Assembly: GCA_963749435.1 (NCBI GenBank)
Contig: CAVVMU010000010.1
Span: forward strand, 570,678 to 634,677
Direction: 5' to 3'
Source of the DNA: an uncultured Acidobacteriota bacterium
GTDB taxonomy: Bacteria; Acidobacteriota; Terriglobia; Acidiferrales; UBA7541
Length of the DNA: 64,000 nucleotides
The notes beneath the pieces were generated by a model, which made no database searches, was not told the DNA's origin, and saw nothing but the letters and a program-made list of their open reading frames with translations. Below are positions 8,830-18,113 of the stretch, in pieces. The translations under genes were made by a program, and so were the position numbers. Every line of letters begins with the position of its first letter. Position 1 is the stretch's first letter.

Positions 8830-10995
8830 TCATGCGCGGATTCCCAATTCGGTCAGCAAGAATGCGTAGTCGAGCGCGATTTCCCGCAGATAATCATATC
8901 GTCCGGACGCGCCGCCATGGCCCGCGCCCATGTTGATTTTAAAAAGCAAAGGGTTCGCATCCGTTTTCAACGTGCGCAACTTGGCCACGTATTTTGCCGG
9001 CTCCCAGTACATAACTTGACTGTCGTTCAAACCAGTCTTTACCAGCATCGCCGGATACGGCTTGGCCTCTACATTCGTATACGGACAATAGCTCCTCATG
9101 TAGAAATAGTCCTCAGAGACGCGCGGATCTCCCCACTCCTCATATTCTCCGACGGTCAGCGGCAGCGAAGCGTCAAGCATAGTATTCAGCACGTCGACGA
9201 ACGGCACGTGGCTGATCACCATGCGAAAAAGGTCCGGGCGCATGTTGGCCACCGCCCCCATCAAGAGACCGCCGGCGCTTCCACCTTCGATCACCAGGCT
9301 TTCCGATGTTGTGTAGCGGCGCGCGATAAGGTGCTCGGCCGCGGCGATGAAATCGGTGAACGTATTGCGCTTACTTCGCAGCCGGCCCGCGTCGTGCCAG
9401 GGCTTGCCAAGTTCACCACCGCCGCGAATGTGTGCGATGGCAAAAATCATGCCGCGATCGAGCAAGCTCACGCGGTTCGAGCTGAAGGTAACAGCGATGG
9501 AGTAACCGTAGCTGCCGTAGCCGTAAAGCAACAGGGGCGCAGTGCCGTCCAACGGAGTGTCTCTTCGATAGACGATGGAAATGGGGACGCGCGCGCCGCC
9601 TGCAGTGGCGGCGTGGAGCCGCTCGGTGACATACCGAGTGGAGTCGTAACCGCCCAACACCGGCTGCTGTTTACGAAGCGTGCTCTCGCGTTTTGCCACG
9701 TCGTAATCAAAAACAGAGCGCGGCGTGACGAAGGATTCGTACTGGTAGCGCACAAAGGTCGAATCGAACTCGGCGTTCGTTCCAATGGACGCGTTGTAGG
9801 CGGGCTCGGAAAATTCTATGCGGTGAGAGGCCGAGAGAGCATCGGGCGCTTCAATGCCGAGATCCAGGATACGGAGAAATGGCAGCCCGCCTTCGCGCTC
9901 GGAGAGAACGATATGCGATCGAAACACATCGATGCCTGCGAGCATCACGTCGGGACGATTCGGTACGACCTCCCGCCACTGGGATCGCTGAGGGTCCGAG
10001 ACCGGGGCACACATCATCCGAAAAGTTCTTCCGCCCGAGTTGGTCCGGATAAAAAAGTAGCCGCCTAAGTCCTGAGGGTTTGCGTCGCTATTTTCCCGGG
10101 TGAGCGGATTCGGATGGTGGTCTACAAAATACTCGTGGTCCGTTTCACGCCCAGCGATAAGACGAAACTCGCCGGTGGGCGCCGTCGCAGGCAGAAACCG
10201 CACTTCGCTTGTCGTGTGGCTGGCAATCAGGAGCAGAAGAAACGCCCCGCTGCGGGTGCGATCGATTTCGATGCGGAAGCGCTCGTCGGTCTCCTCATAG
10301 ATCAACGCGTCTTCTTCCGAAGAACCAACAACGTGCCGGTACAGCCGGTGAGAACGTTTGGTGGTGGCGTCCTCGACGGTATAGTAGAACGTGCGATTGT
10401 CCGCCGCCCAGGCAACGCTGGTCACGCGCTCGATCGCTTCGGGAAGATCCCGTCCGCTCCATAAGTTCTTGATGTGCAGTGTGTACTGCCGAAACCCGGT
10501 GGTATCCAGAGCGTAGGCCAGCAATTGGTTGTCATTGCTTACTTCAAAAGCGCCCAGCCCAAGGAAGGAATGGCCCTCTGCAAGTCGATTCAGGTCCAAT
10601 AGCATTTCCTCAAGTGACTCGCCGGCGTCCACGCGGCGACAATGAGTCGGATACTGTTTACCTTCCTCCGTGCACGTGAAATACAGATAACCGCGAAGCC
10701 GGTAGGGAACAGATAAGTCCGTTTGCAGAATTCTCCCCAGCATTTGCTGATAAAGAGTTTCCTGAAAGGATTCCGTGGGCCGCAAAATCGCGTCGGTGTA
10801 GGCGTTTTCCTCTTCAAGATACGCGATGACCTCGGGATTGTCTTTCTGTCGCAGCCAGGCGTAATGGTCCATCCGGCGGTCCCCGTGCAAAACAGTCTCG
10901 ACCGGTTCTCGCCTCGCAAGCGGCGGTGAAACAGAAGGAGTGTCTGGTGACCCGGTGGGAAAAGCGGGCGCTGCAGCTTTGGCGTCTGAATTCAT
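8830..10995 (-). CDS. S9-family serine peptidase, oligopeptidase B / prolyl oligopeptidase type
   Basis: 721-aa ORF with a beta-propeller N-half and a C-terminal alpha/beta hydrolase containing the nucleophile elbow GGSAGGLLMG and ...GLNDSQV...GAGHGG. Confidence 0.85.
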   Translation of the reverse strand: MNSDAKAAAPAFPTGSPDTPSVSPPLARREPVETVLHGDRRMDHYAWLRQKDNPEVIAYLEEENAYTDAILRPTESFQETLYQQMLGRILQTDLSVPYRLRGYLYFTCTEEGKQYPTHCRRVDAGESLEEMLLDLNRLAEGHSFLGLGAFEVSNDNQLLAYALDTTGFRQYTLHIKNLWSGRDLPEAIERVTSVAWAADNRTFYYTVEDATTKRSHRLYRHVVGSSEEDALIYEETDERFRIEIDRTRSGAFLLLLIASHTTSEVRFLPATAPTGEFRLIAGRETDHEYFVDHHPNPLTRENSDANPQDLGGYFFIRTNSGGRTFRMMCAPVSDPQRSQWREVVPNRPDVMLAGIDVFRSHIVLSEREGGLPFLRILDLGIEAPDALSASHRIEFSEPAYNASIGTNAEFDSTFVRYQYESFVTPRSVFDYDVAKRESTLRKQQPVLGGYDSTRYVTERLHAATAGGARVPISIVYRRDTPLDGTAPLLLYGYGSYGYSIAVTFSSNRVSLLDRGMIFAIAHIRGGGELGKPWHDAGRLRSKRNTFTDFIAAAEHLIARRYTTSESLVIEGGSAGGLLMGAVANMRPDLFRMVISHVPFVDVLNTMLDASLPLTVGEYEEWGDPRVSEDYFYMRSYCPYTNVEAKPYPAMLVKTGLNDSQVMYWEPAKYVAKLRTLKTDANPLLFKINMGAGHGGASGRYDYLREIALDYAFLLTELGIRA

Positions 10996-11161
10996 AAGTC
11001 TCTTGATCTGGTGCGCGCGGCGGGCTGGGCGCCGGGCGTTAAGCCGGATTTTGCCGGGGTCGTACTGAGCAAAGATGAAATACGTTCGTCCGCTATACTA
11101 ACGGAAGTCAGCGATGGGAGAAAGCCGCTGGTAGAGCGATTCACAGAAACATCCCGAAAGG

Positions 11162-11824
11162 ATGGAGATGGCGCAGGAAATCGAAATCAAACTCAAGATC
11201 AACGACCCAAACTCCCTTCGGGCCAGACTCAAGCGCCTCGGCGCCCGCCTCGTCGGCGGGGGAACGGGCCGCGTCCATGAGTGGAACGTCATTTTCGACA
11301 AGCCGGACGGCTCTCTTGCCAAACAGGGACAACTCCTCCGGATTCGCACGGAGACGCCCGAACGCAAGTTGAAAAAACCTGGCAAAGCGCCCGCGCAGCG
11401 CGTCCTGCTTACCTTCAAGCGACCGGTAGCCATAGCTTCGGAGGCTTCCGGCAACGCCCAAGACAACCATCGCCACAAAGTAAGGGAAGAGTTTGAACTC
11501 CAGGTCACCGATGCCGATGTCCTCACAAAGATTTTCGAAGGTCTCGGGATGAAGGGATGGTTCCGCTACGAAAAGCACCGCACAACGTTCCGCTTGCCGG
11601 CGGCAGCGCATTGGGCACAAGGACTGTTAATCGAGGTCGATGAGACTCCCATCGGCACCTATGTCGAGCTGGAAGGGCCGCCCGCCGCAATTGACCGGGC
11701 CGCTCAGGAACTCGGGTTCACAGCCCAGGACTACATTGTGATGAACTACCTCAGCCTCTATGTGGAGGACTGCCGCCGGCAGGGCAAGGAACCGAAAGAT
11801 ATGGTCTTCGCAGCCACGAAGTAG
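11162..11824 (+). CDS. CYTH-domain protein (class IV adenylate cyclase / triphosphatase-like)
   Basis: 220-aa ORF starting MAQEIEIKLKI (the ExExK CYTH signature), with later acidic strands (LIEVDETPIGTYVELE). Confidence 0.8.
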   Translation: MEMAQEIEIKLKINDPNSLRARLKRLGARLVGGGTGRVHEWNVIFDKPDGSLAKQGQLLRIRTETPERKLKKPGKAPAQRVLLTFKRPVAIASEASGNAQDNHRHKVREEFELQVTDADVLTKIFEGLGMKGWFRYEKHRTTFRLPAAAHWAQGLLIEVDETPIGTYVELEGPPAAIDRAAQELGFTAQDYIVMNYLSLYVEDCRRQGKEPKDMVFAATK

Positions 11825-11874
11825 CCGACCCAGAAGAAAAAATCAAAAAAATCGCGAACAAAGTCATTCTTTTC

Positions 11875-11903
11875 TTGACAATGAAACGCGCCGGGCTTAT
11901 CAC
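11875..11903 (+). promoter_or_regulatory. Sigma70-like promoter: TTGACA - 17 nt - TATCAC
   Basis: TTGACA at 11875-11880, a 17-nt spacer, and TATCAC at 11898-11903. It lies in an ORF-free gap 50 nt after the CYTH gene stop. Confidence 0.4.
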
Positions 11904-12256
11904 TGCTCCAGCGACTGCGAATTGGTGCTTCAATTGCTCCCATCGCGGTTCGCGAGCGCATGGCGACATATCTGCCTCCATGCAGGAGTGGATTCTCTTC
12001 CGATGAGTGCGTCCAACGAACGGGAGCCTGGCCCCAGTCGCTCGAATGTAGTGCTGTTCAGTACAGAGCGGCTTGGGAAGGGCACTTGGGCAACGCCGCG
12101 CGAGGCGCAATTCCTTCCGCAGGCGGTTGGGTGGGGAGGGTCTGCATCGGGCTAACGGTAAGTCCATTTTTCTCAGGCACTTGCCCGCGGCCGAGCTTGT
12201 TTTCGGTACGCGGGTTTTTTGTTTGTGGATGTGGTGTTCGCGGTTTGAGGTAGCAC
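11904..12256 (+). promoter_or_regulatory. Long non-coding 5' leader of the MgtE_N/CBS - NRAMP operon (candidate riboswitch/attenuator; class unassigned)
   Basis: About 350 nt with no convincing ORF. Bounded by the promoter above and ending in an intrinsic terminator 37 nt before the ATG at 12257. Possible long-range helix GCGACTG (11911-11917) / CAGTCGC (12035-12041). Confidence 0.35.
12184..12220 (+). terminator. Intrinsic terminator-like hairpin inside the leader
   Basis: CCCGCG-G-CCGA / loop GCTTGTTT / TCGG-TA-CGCGGG (10 bp with a small bulge) followed by TTTTTTGTTTG. Confidence 0.6.
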
Positions 12257-13498
12257 ATGGAAATTTACGCAACGGAACTTATGGGCGCGGAAGCCTACGA
12301 CGCGCAAGGCAATTTCGTTGGCCGCGTGCGCGAATTCTTTATCGAGCCTTCGCAAGCGACCAACCGTCTGTCGCATTTCCTGCTTTCCCGCGGCAAATTC
12401 CAGCCACTGATGGCACGGCACGACCAGATAGCGACGTTTGCTCCTGGGACGGTGCGCCTGAACGTAAGCGAGCGCGCTTTGCAGCTTTACGAGCCGAACG
12501 AGTCCCTCCTGGCCGTTCGCAAGGATTTGATGGACCAGCAGATTATCGACACGCGGGGCCGCAAAGTCGTCCGTGTGAACGATGTCGACCTTACCGAAAT
12601 GAAGACCAACGGAAACGTAGAACTGAGAGTGACACAGGTCGACGTGGGATTGCCAGGCGCGGTACGGCGCCTCCTGCAAGGTGTTGTTTCCCCGGGAATG
12701 ATCCGCAGGCTGCAAAGCAAACTGCCGCAGAGCGCCATTCGCTGGGAATTCGTGAACCTGATCGAGTCCGACCCGCTTAGGCGCGTAAAGTTGCGCATCA
12801 CTCACGAAAAGTTGGAAGACCTGCACCCTGCTGACCTCGCCGAGATTATGGAAGACCTATCTGCGTCGGAACGGCAGGGAATTATCGCTTCTCTCGACGA
12901 AGAGACGGCAGCAGCTGTCCTCGCCGAGCTGGATGAGCGCTTGACCACACAGATCGTCGAGAAGCTGGACCCGGAGAAAGCTGCCGACATTCTCGAAGAG
13001 ATGGCGCCGGATGCTGCCGCCGATCTATTAGCGGACCTACCGAAAGAGACCTCGGAAGAATTGCTGGAAGAGATGCCCGGGCAGGAAGCCGACGAAGTGC
13101 GCGAACTGCTGTCGTTCGATCCTTCGACAGCGGGCGGGATGATGAACACGGAGTTTGTCTTTGTAGGGGAAGGCTCTCATCGCGAAGAAGTGCTGATGTG
13201 GATCCGGAGTCAGGAACTTAACCTCGATCAGCTCGATACCATTGTGCTGCTCGATGGCAAAGCGGAGTACTCCGGAACGGTTTCCGTGGCTCGTTTGCTA
13301 CTGGCCGCGCCGGAGCAGACCATGAAGGACCTGCGAAGCGAGCCGCTCCTGAGCATCGGCGCGGACGCGGATGAAAAAGACGTTTTTGAACTGTTCGACA
13401 AATACAATTTGCGCATGCTCACCGTGATAGATGAAGAGAAACGCCCCATCGGCACGGTTACAGTGGACGACGTTGTTTCGCGGCTGGTACAGAAATAA
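12257..13498 (+). CDS. Soluble MgtE-like cytoplasmic sensor protein (PRC-barrel-like N-terminus + MgtE_N + CBS pair; no transmembrane pore)
   Basis: 413-aa ORF. LHPADLAEIMEDLSASERQGII...AAAVLAELD...AADILEEMAPDAAADLLADLP...EVRELLSFDPSTAGGMMNTEFV is the MgtE N-domain pattern. It is followed by a CBS-pair-like C-terminus (LRMLTVIDEEKRPIGTVTVDDVV). No hydrophobic TM segments. Confidence 0.85.
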   Translation: MEIYATELMGAEAYDAQGNFVGRVREFFIEPSQATNRLSHFLLSRGKFQPLMARHDQIATFAPGTVRLNVSERALQLYEPNESLLAVRKDLMDQQIIDTRGRKVVRVNDVDLTEMKTNGNVELRVTQVDVGLPGAVRRLLQGVVSPGMIRRLQSKLPQSAIRWEFVNLIESDPLRRVKLRITHEKLEDLHPADLAEIMEDLSASERQGIIASLDEETAAAVLAELDERLTTQIVEKLDPEKAADILEEMAPDAAADLLADLPKETSEELLEEMPGQEADEVRELLSFDPSTAGGMMNTEFVFVGEGSHREEVLMWIRSQELNLDQLDTIVLLDGKAEYSGTVSVARLLLAAPEQTMKDLRSEPLLSIGADADEKDVFELFDKYNLRMLTVIDEEKRPIGTVTVDDVVSRLVQK

Positions 13499-13519
13499 AA
13501 AGGTAGTCGGAAGCGGCGG

Positions 13520-14839
13520 ATGAACTGGGAAAGCCTTAAATCGAGCTTTGAGGGACTGCAAACGCGCGGCGAAAATTTGCAGCAGAAGATCCGCGGCCTG
13601 CGCCGCCGTTTGACGCTGCTGCTTGCGGTTGTCGGGCCGGGTCTCATCACCTCGAACGTTGACAACGATGCCGGCGGCATTGCGACGTATTCCCAGGCCG
13701 GCGCCCAGTATGGCTATGCCTTGCTGTGGTCGCTGATTCCCATGACTATCGCGCTGTATGTGACGGAAGAGATGTGCGCTCGAATGGGCGTGATCACCGG
13801 CAAAGGACTCTCGGATCTGATTCGCGAGGAGTTCGGTTTTCGCCCCACCTTTTTTGTGATGATTACGGGTTTCTTCGTGGATTTGGCAAACGTCGTGGCG
13901 GAATTCGCAGGCGTGGCGGCTTCCATGGAAATGTTTCATGTCAGCCGCTACATTGCGGTTCCCATCGCCGCTTTCTTGGTGTGGATTCTGGTCCTTCGAG
14001 GGACCTACCGCCAGGTCGAAGTTATCTTCCTGATTGCCTGCGGATTCTACGTTACGTACATCATTTCCGCGTTCCTGGCCAAACCGGATTGGTTGGAGGC
14101 CGCCAAGCACGTCGTCATTCCGAACCTGAGTTTTAATTCAGGCTACCTGCTCACTCTAACCGCGCTCATAGGCACCACCATTGCTCCCTGGCAGTTTTTC
14201 TACCTACAGGCGGGGTTCGTGGAAAAGAAAGTGGGGCCAAGACAGTATCCACAAGCGCGCGCCGATGTTCTGGTAGGCAGCATCAGTTGCATGGTCATCG
14301 TATTTTTCATCATCGTTGCCACGGCAGCGACTTTGTATGTTTCGGGTCAGCGCGATATCACCGATGCGGTCCAGGCGGCCAAAGCGCTGATCCCCCTTGC
14401 GGGCAAATGGGCTGGATTTACTTTCGCCTTCGGCCTGCTGAATGCCTCGTTGTTCGCGGCCTCGATTTTGCCCCTCTCGACGGCTCACGTAATATGCGAA
14501 GGGCTCGGGTTTGAGGCGGGGATCGACCACAAATTCAAAGATGCGAAAATCTTTTACGGCCTCTATACGGTTTTGATTGCCGTCGGCGCGGGCATCATTT
14601 TGATCCCGCACGTTCCCATCTGGAAGATCTTCATTTTTTCGCAAGTAGGGAATGGCATTTGGCTGCCGGTGGTGGTCATCTTCATTTTGCTGCTGGTGAA
14701 CCGGCGCGAGCTGATGGGCGAACACGTGAACACCCTCGCGTTTAATATCGTGGCTTGGGTCACCGCGATTGCCATGATCATCCTGACTCTCGTACTGGTC
14801 TACACCTCGATCTTCCAGGCCGCTCCGCCCCAGCTCTGA
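13520..14839 (+). CDS. NRAMP/SLC11-family transporter with NRMT-like (Mg2+-type) binding-site substitutions
   Basis: 439-aa polytopic ORF. The TM1 motif GPGLITSNVDNDAGGIATYSQAGAQYGY aligns to the canonical ...DPGN...QAGA, giving DPGN -> DAGG. The TM6 motif GTTIAPWQFFYLQ aligns to G(A)xxMPHNLYLHS, giving MPH -> APW. Confidence 0.85.
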   Translation: MNWESLKSSFEGLQTRGENLQQKIRGLRRRLTLLLAVVGPGLITSNVDNDAGGIATYSQAGAQYGYALLWSLIPMTIALYVTEEMCARMGVITGKGLSDLIREEFGFRPTFFVMITGFFVDLANVVAEFAGVAASMEMFHVSRYIAVPIAAFLVWILVLRGTYRQVEVIFLIACGFYVTYIISAFLAKPDWLEAAKHVVIPNLSFNSGYLLTLTALIGTTIAPWQFFYLQAGFVEKKVGPRQYPQARADVLVGSISCMVIVFFIIVATAATLYVSGQRDITDAVQAAKALIPLAGKWAGFTFAFGLLNASLFAASILPLSTAHVICEGLGFEAGIDHKFKDAKIFYGLYTVLIAVGAGIILIPHVPIWKIFIFSQVGNGIWLPVVVIFILLLVNRRELMGEHVNTLAFNIVAWVTAIAMIILTLVLVYTSIFQAAPPQL

Positions 14840-14952
14840 GTCTTGCTACGGTGATCCCCGATACGGGGATGCCCGACAGGGCACCCGGGCATTGCGCAGC
14901 CACCAAATCGTATGTTAACTTTGCGGCGTAAAGAAGAAACCCCGGGAACCCA

Positions 14953-15798
14953 GTGCAACTCACCAAATCACACACGACGCTGCAAGTTTCCGCCTCCGGC
15001 GCGCTGGGACCTCTGACACCCGAGGAAGCTATCCTCTTTGAAAAACTGGATTTGGGACGCTTGCCGCGGCACGTCGCCGTCATTATGGACGGCAATGGCC
15101 GCTGGGCACAGCAACGGCATTTGCCACGCGTGGCGGGTCACCGCTCGGGCACTAAAACCGCCCGTACCACCATCGAAACGTGCGCGCGGCTGAACATTGA
15201 GGCGCTTACTCTTTACGCTTTCTCGGTGGAGAATTGGCGGCGTCCAAAAGCAGAAATCGATTTTCTGATGCAATTGCTGCGCGAATATCTGCGCCGCGAA
15301 ATGCCTCTGCTGCAAAAGAATGACATTCGCATGAAGTTTTTGGGACGCACGGACGAGCTCCCCAAAGGCGTGCAGGATGACGTGCGCGATGCCATGGAAC
15401 GTACCGCCGGAAACAAGGGCATGGTGCTCTGCGTGGCGCTGAATTACGGTGGCCGCGCGGAAATCGTTGACGCAGTGAATGCCATTCTGGCGGAACAGAA
15501 TGGGCACGCGGGCCACGCAGCGATCACGGAAGAAGCGCTCGCGCAGCACATGTATACGAGCGGGTTGCCCGACCCTGATTTGCTTATCCGCACAAGCGGG
15601 GAGATGCGCGTCAGCAATTTTCTACTCTGGCAAATCGCCTATGCCGAGATTTTTGTCACCGAGACTTTGTGGCCGGATTTCAATCGCGCGCGGCTTCTCG
15701 AAGCGCTCGTCGAATTCCAGAAGCGCGAACGCCGCTATGGCGGTATCCGCGAAGGCCAGCCCAACACCGAGACATCCGCCCGCGTCGTCGGCGAGTGA
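14953..15798 (+). CDS. uppS: Isoprenyl transferase / undecaprenyl diphosphate synthase
   Basis: 281-aa ORF (GTG start) with LPRHVAVIMDGNGRWA, FSVENWRRP and RTSGEMRVSNFLLWQIAYAE. Confidence 0.93.
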   Translation: MQLTKSHTTLQVSASGALGPLTPEEAILFEKLDLGRLPRHVAVIMDGNGRWAQQRHLPRVAGHRSGTKTARTTIETCARLNIEALTLYAFSVENWRRPKAEIDFLMQLLREYLRREMPLLQKNDIRMKFLGRTDELPKGVQDDVRDAMERTAGNKGMVLCVALNYGGRAEIVDAVNAILAEQNGHAGHAAITEEALAQHMYTSGLPDPDLLIRTSGEMRVSNFLLWQIAYAEIFVTETLWPDFNRARLLEALVEFQKRERRYGGIREGQPNTETSARVVGE

Positions 15799-15857
15799 TT
15801 TTTTTCTCCTAGACACCTCTGAGGGGTACTTTCCGCACGAATTTGTGACCCTCCCCC

Positions 15858-16796
15858 GTGATTTATTTCTCTCGATGTGATGAGATGGAACCTGCGATTC
15901 GTCAGGGGAATTCCATTTCAATGACTTGGTTGCGTGTAGCGACAGCCGCTGTTTTGATTCCGTGTGTGCTCGGCCTGGTGCTGTGGGGTTCGACCGGCGC
16001 GATGGCCATCGGCCTCGCCCTCGTCATTCTTCTTGCTCTCTTTGAATATTTTGCCTTGGGCGACGCCATTGGCCACCGCGCGTATCGTTTCTGGACGGCG
16101 GCCTGCGCATTGGGTCTTGTCTACGTGCAGTGGCTGGCCGCCATTGCTCCGTCGTACGATCTCGCGGGCGGACTAACCATCCATCGCATGGTGGGCAGAA
16201 TCTTGGGAATCATTCCCACCGTACAGGACGTTTTTTTTATTTTCGTACTCGGCGTAGCGGCACTGACTCTTTGGACGAAGCGCCCGATCGTCGAGGCCCT
16301 GCCCGCGGCGGGCATCAGTGCCAGCGGATTGCTCTTCGTCGCCTTTCCCCTGACCTTCACGATTCGCCTGCACGGATATAGTGCCGATGGTCCGAAGCTC
16401 CTCATGTTTGCTCTGGTCATCACCTGGGTTGGCGATACTTCCGCGTATTTTGCAGGCCGCGCACTCGGCAAGCATCGGATGGCGCCGGTGCTCAGCCCCA
16501 AAAAAACTTGGGAGGGAACGGTTGCAAGCCTTTTTGGCGCGATGCTCGTCGCCGTTGTGTTTGCCAAATTTCTCAACGTGCCGTTGCCGCATTTGCTGGC
16601 CATGGCTGCCGTCGGCAATTTCGCGGGCCAAGCCGGCGACCTGCTCGAATCCGCATACAAGCGCAGCGCGGGAGTAAAGGATTCCGGTTCGCTCCTGCCT
16701 GGGCATGGCGGCGTGCTTGACCGAATCGATGCCTTGATACTGGCCATCCCCGTTGTCTGGTACTATTGGATTTGGATCTACATTCCCAGCCGGTAG
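15858..16796 (+). CDS. cdsA: Phosphatidate cytidylyltransferase
   Basis: Polytopic ORF with the CdsA signature SAYKRSAGVKDSGSLLPGHGGVLDRIDAL. The true start is probably the internal MTWLRV... Confidence 0.9.
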   Translation: MIYFSRCDEMEPAIRQGNSISMTWLRVATAAVLIPCVLGLVLWGSTGAMAIGLALVILLALFEYFALGDAIGHRAYRFWTAACALGLVYVQWLAAIAPSYDLAGGLTIHRMVGRILGIIPTVQDVFFIFVLGVAALTLWTKRPIVEALPAAGISASGLLFVAFPLTFTIRLHGYSADGPKLLMFALVITWVGDTSAYFAGRALGKHRMAPVLSPKKTWEGTVASLFGAMLVAVVFAKFLNVPLPHLLAMAAVGNFAGQAGDLLESAYKRSAGVKDSGSLLPGHGGVLDRIDALILAIPVVWYYWIWIYIPSR

Positions 16797-16858
16797 GTTC
16801 CTAGGGCCTTCCAATCAAGTGCGGTAGCCAGACGATCGAGTCTGTCCCGCCAGGTTCA

Positions 16859-18073
16859 TTGCAAAACGGAGAAGAGAATTTTTTGAAACAGCTATCCATT
16901 TTGGGTTCCACAGGTTCGATTGGGCGTCAGTGTCTTTCTGTCGTGGAATCGTTGTCGGAGCGATTTGGAGTCGTTGCGCTGGCTGCCGGCGGCAACCTCG
17001 AAGAGCTCACTGGTCAGATTGAACGCCACCGGCCCGAAGTAGTCTCTGTCGGCGACGCGAAGAAAGCGGATGAATTAGCTTCCGCTCTCCGTGCCAAAGG
17101 TGTTTCTCCTCTCCCCGCAATTCATCACGGTCGCGAAGGAATGCTCGCAGTCGGAACGCACGCGAAAGCCGACATCGTCGTTTCTGCGGCAGTTGGCGTC
17201 GTGGGCCTTGAAGCCACCTACGAAGCAGTCAAACTTGGAAAAATTGTCGCGCTTTCGAACAAGGAAGTTTTAGTGGCCGCGGGCGAATTGGTGATGGCTG
17301 CCGCGAAGAAGGCCGGCCGGGAATTGCTGCCTGTGGATAGCGAGCACAACGCCGTCCACCAATGTTTGCGCGGCGGAACGCACAGCGAAGTCCGCCGCCT
17401 GGTGCTGACCGCGAGCGGTGGACCGTTTCGCAAAACGCCACTCGCCGAACTCGAAAACGTGTCGCCCGAGCAGGCGCTCGCGCATCCAAATTGGAAGATG
17501 GGCAACCGCATCACCATCGATTCCGCGACGATGATGAACAAAGGTTTCGAGGTGATCGAGGCGCGCTGGCTCTTCGGCGTGCGGCCTGACCAGATCGACG
17601 TCGTGATTCACCCGCAGTCCACGATTCACTCGATGGTCGAGTTCGTCGATGGTTCGATTCTCGCGCAACTCGGGCCAACCGATATGCGAATGCCCATCCA
17701 ATATGCGTTAACCTATCCGGAGAGAGCAGCGTCTAATCAAATAGCCCTGGATTGGCGCAAGCTGCGGCGGTTGGATTTCGCAAAAGTTTCCACGCGGCGT
17801 TTTCCCTGCCTTCGTCTAGCCCGCGAAGCGATGAAGAAAGGCGGGGCATTGCCGTGCGCGCTGAACGCGGCGGATGAGGTGGCCGTGGCCGCGTTTCTGG
17901 ACCGGCGACTTCCGTTCCTTGGGATTGCGGAAGTGATTGAAGCGGTGCTGGCACGCACGCCGCGTGTGCGCTTTGAAAAGATGGACGATGTTTTGGCCGC
18001 CGATGCGGAAGCGCGGCGCATGGCGAAAGAAGAAGTAGGGCGTTTAGCCGTAAAGGCAGTGGCAGTATCCTAA
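16859..18073 (+). CDS. dxr: 1-deoxy-D-xylulose 5-phosphate reductoisomerase
   Basis: 404-aa ORF (TTG start) with ILGSTGSIGRQ, LANKE-like SNKEVLV and NAADEVAVAAFL. Confidence 0.95.
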   Translation: MQNGEENFLKQLSILGSTGSIGRQCLSVVESLSERFGVVALAAGGNLEELTGQIERHRPEVVSVGDAKKADELASALRAKGVSPLPAIHHGREGMLAVGTHAKADIVVSAAVGVVGLEATYEAVKLGKIVALSNKEVLVAAGELVMAAAKKAGRELLPVDSEHNAVHQCLRGGTHSEVRRLVLTASGGPFRKTPLAELENVSPEQALAHPNWKMGNRITIDSATMMNKGFEVIEARWLFGVRPDQIDVVIHPQSTIHSMVEFVDGSILAQLGPTDMRMPIQYALTYPERAASNQIALDWRKLRRLDFAKVSTRRFPCLRLAREAMKKGGALPCALNAADEVAVAAFLDRRLPFLGIAEVIEAVLARTPRVRFEKMDDVLAADAEARRMAKEEVGRLAVKAVAVS

Positions 18074-18113
18074 GGATCAGAAAAAGGGAACGACAGAAGG
18101 GAACGACGGAGAT

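Noticed and set aside
11904-12256. Assignment of the leader to the M-box (ykoK) or yybP-ykoY riboswitch classes
   Set aside because: I could not find the conserved cores I remember for these classes (for example GUUAGGUGAGGCU.../...CAUACAGUGCUAAAGCUCUACGA for M-box). It is reported only as an unclassified candidate leader.
11751-12272. 173-aa minus-strand ORF and 97/131-aa plus-strand ORFs covering the CYTH-MgtE_N intergenic region
   Set aside because: Arg/Pro/Cys-rich composition. They overlap each other in different frames and overlap the promoter and terminator signals. Treated as non-coding leader.
14850-14905. Two adjacent hairpins after the NRAMP gene (ATCCCCG-ATA-CGGGGAT and TGCCCG-N9-CGGGCA) as a terminator
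   Set aside because: No T-run follows. They may still be Rho-dependent or stabilising structures, but the evidence is insufficient to call a terminator.
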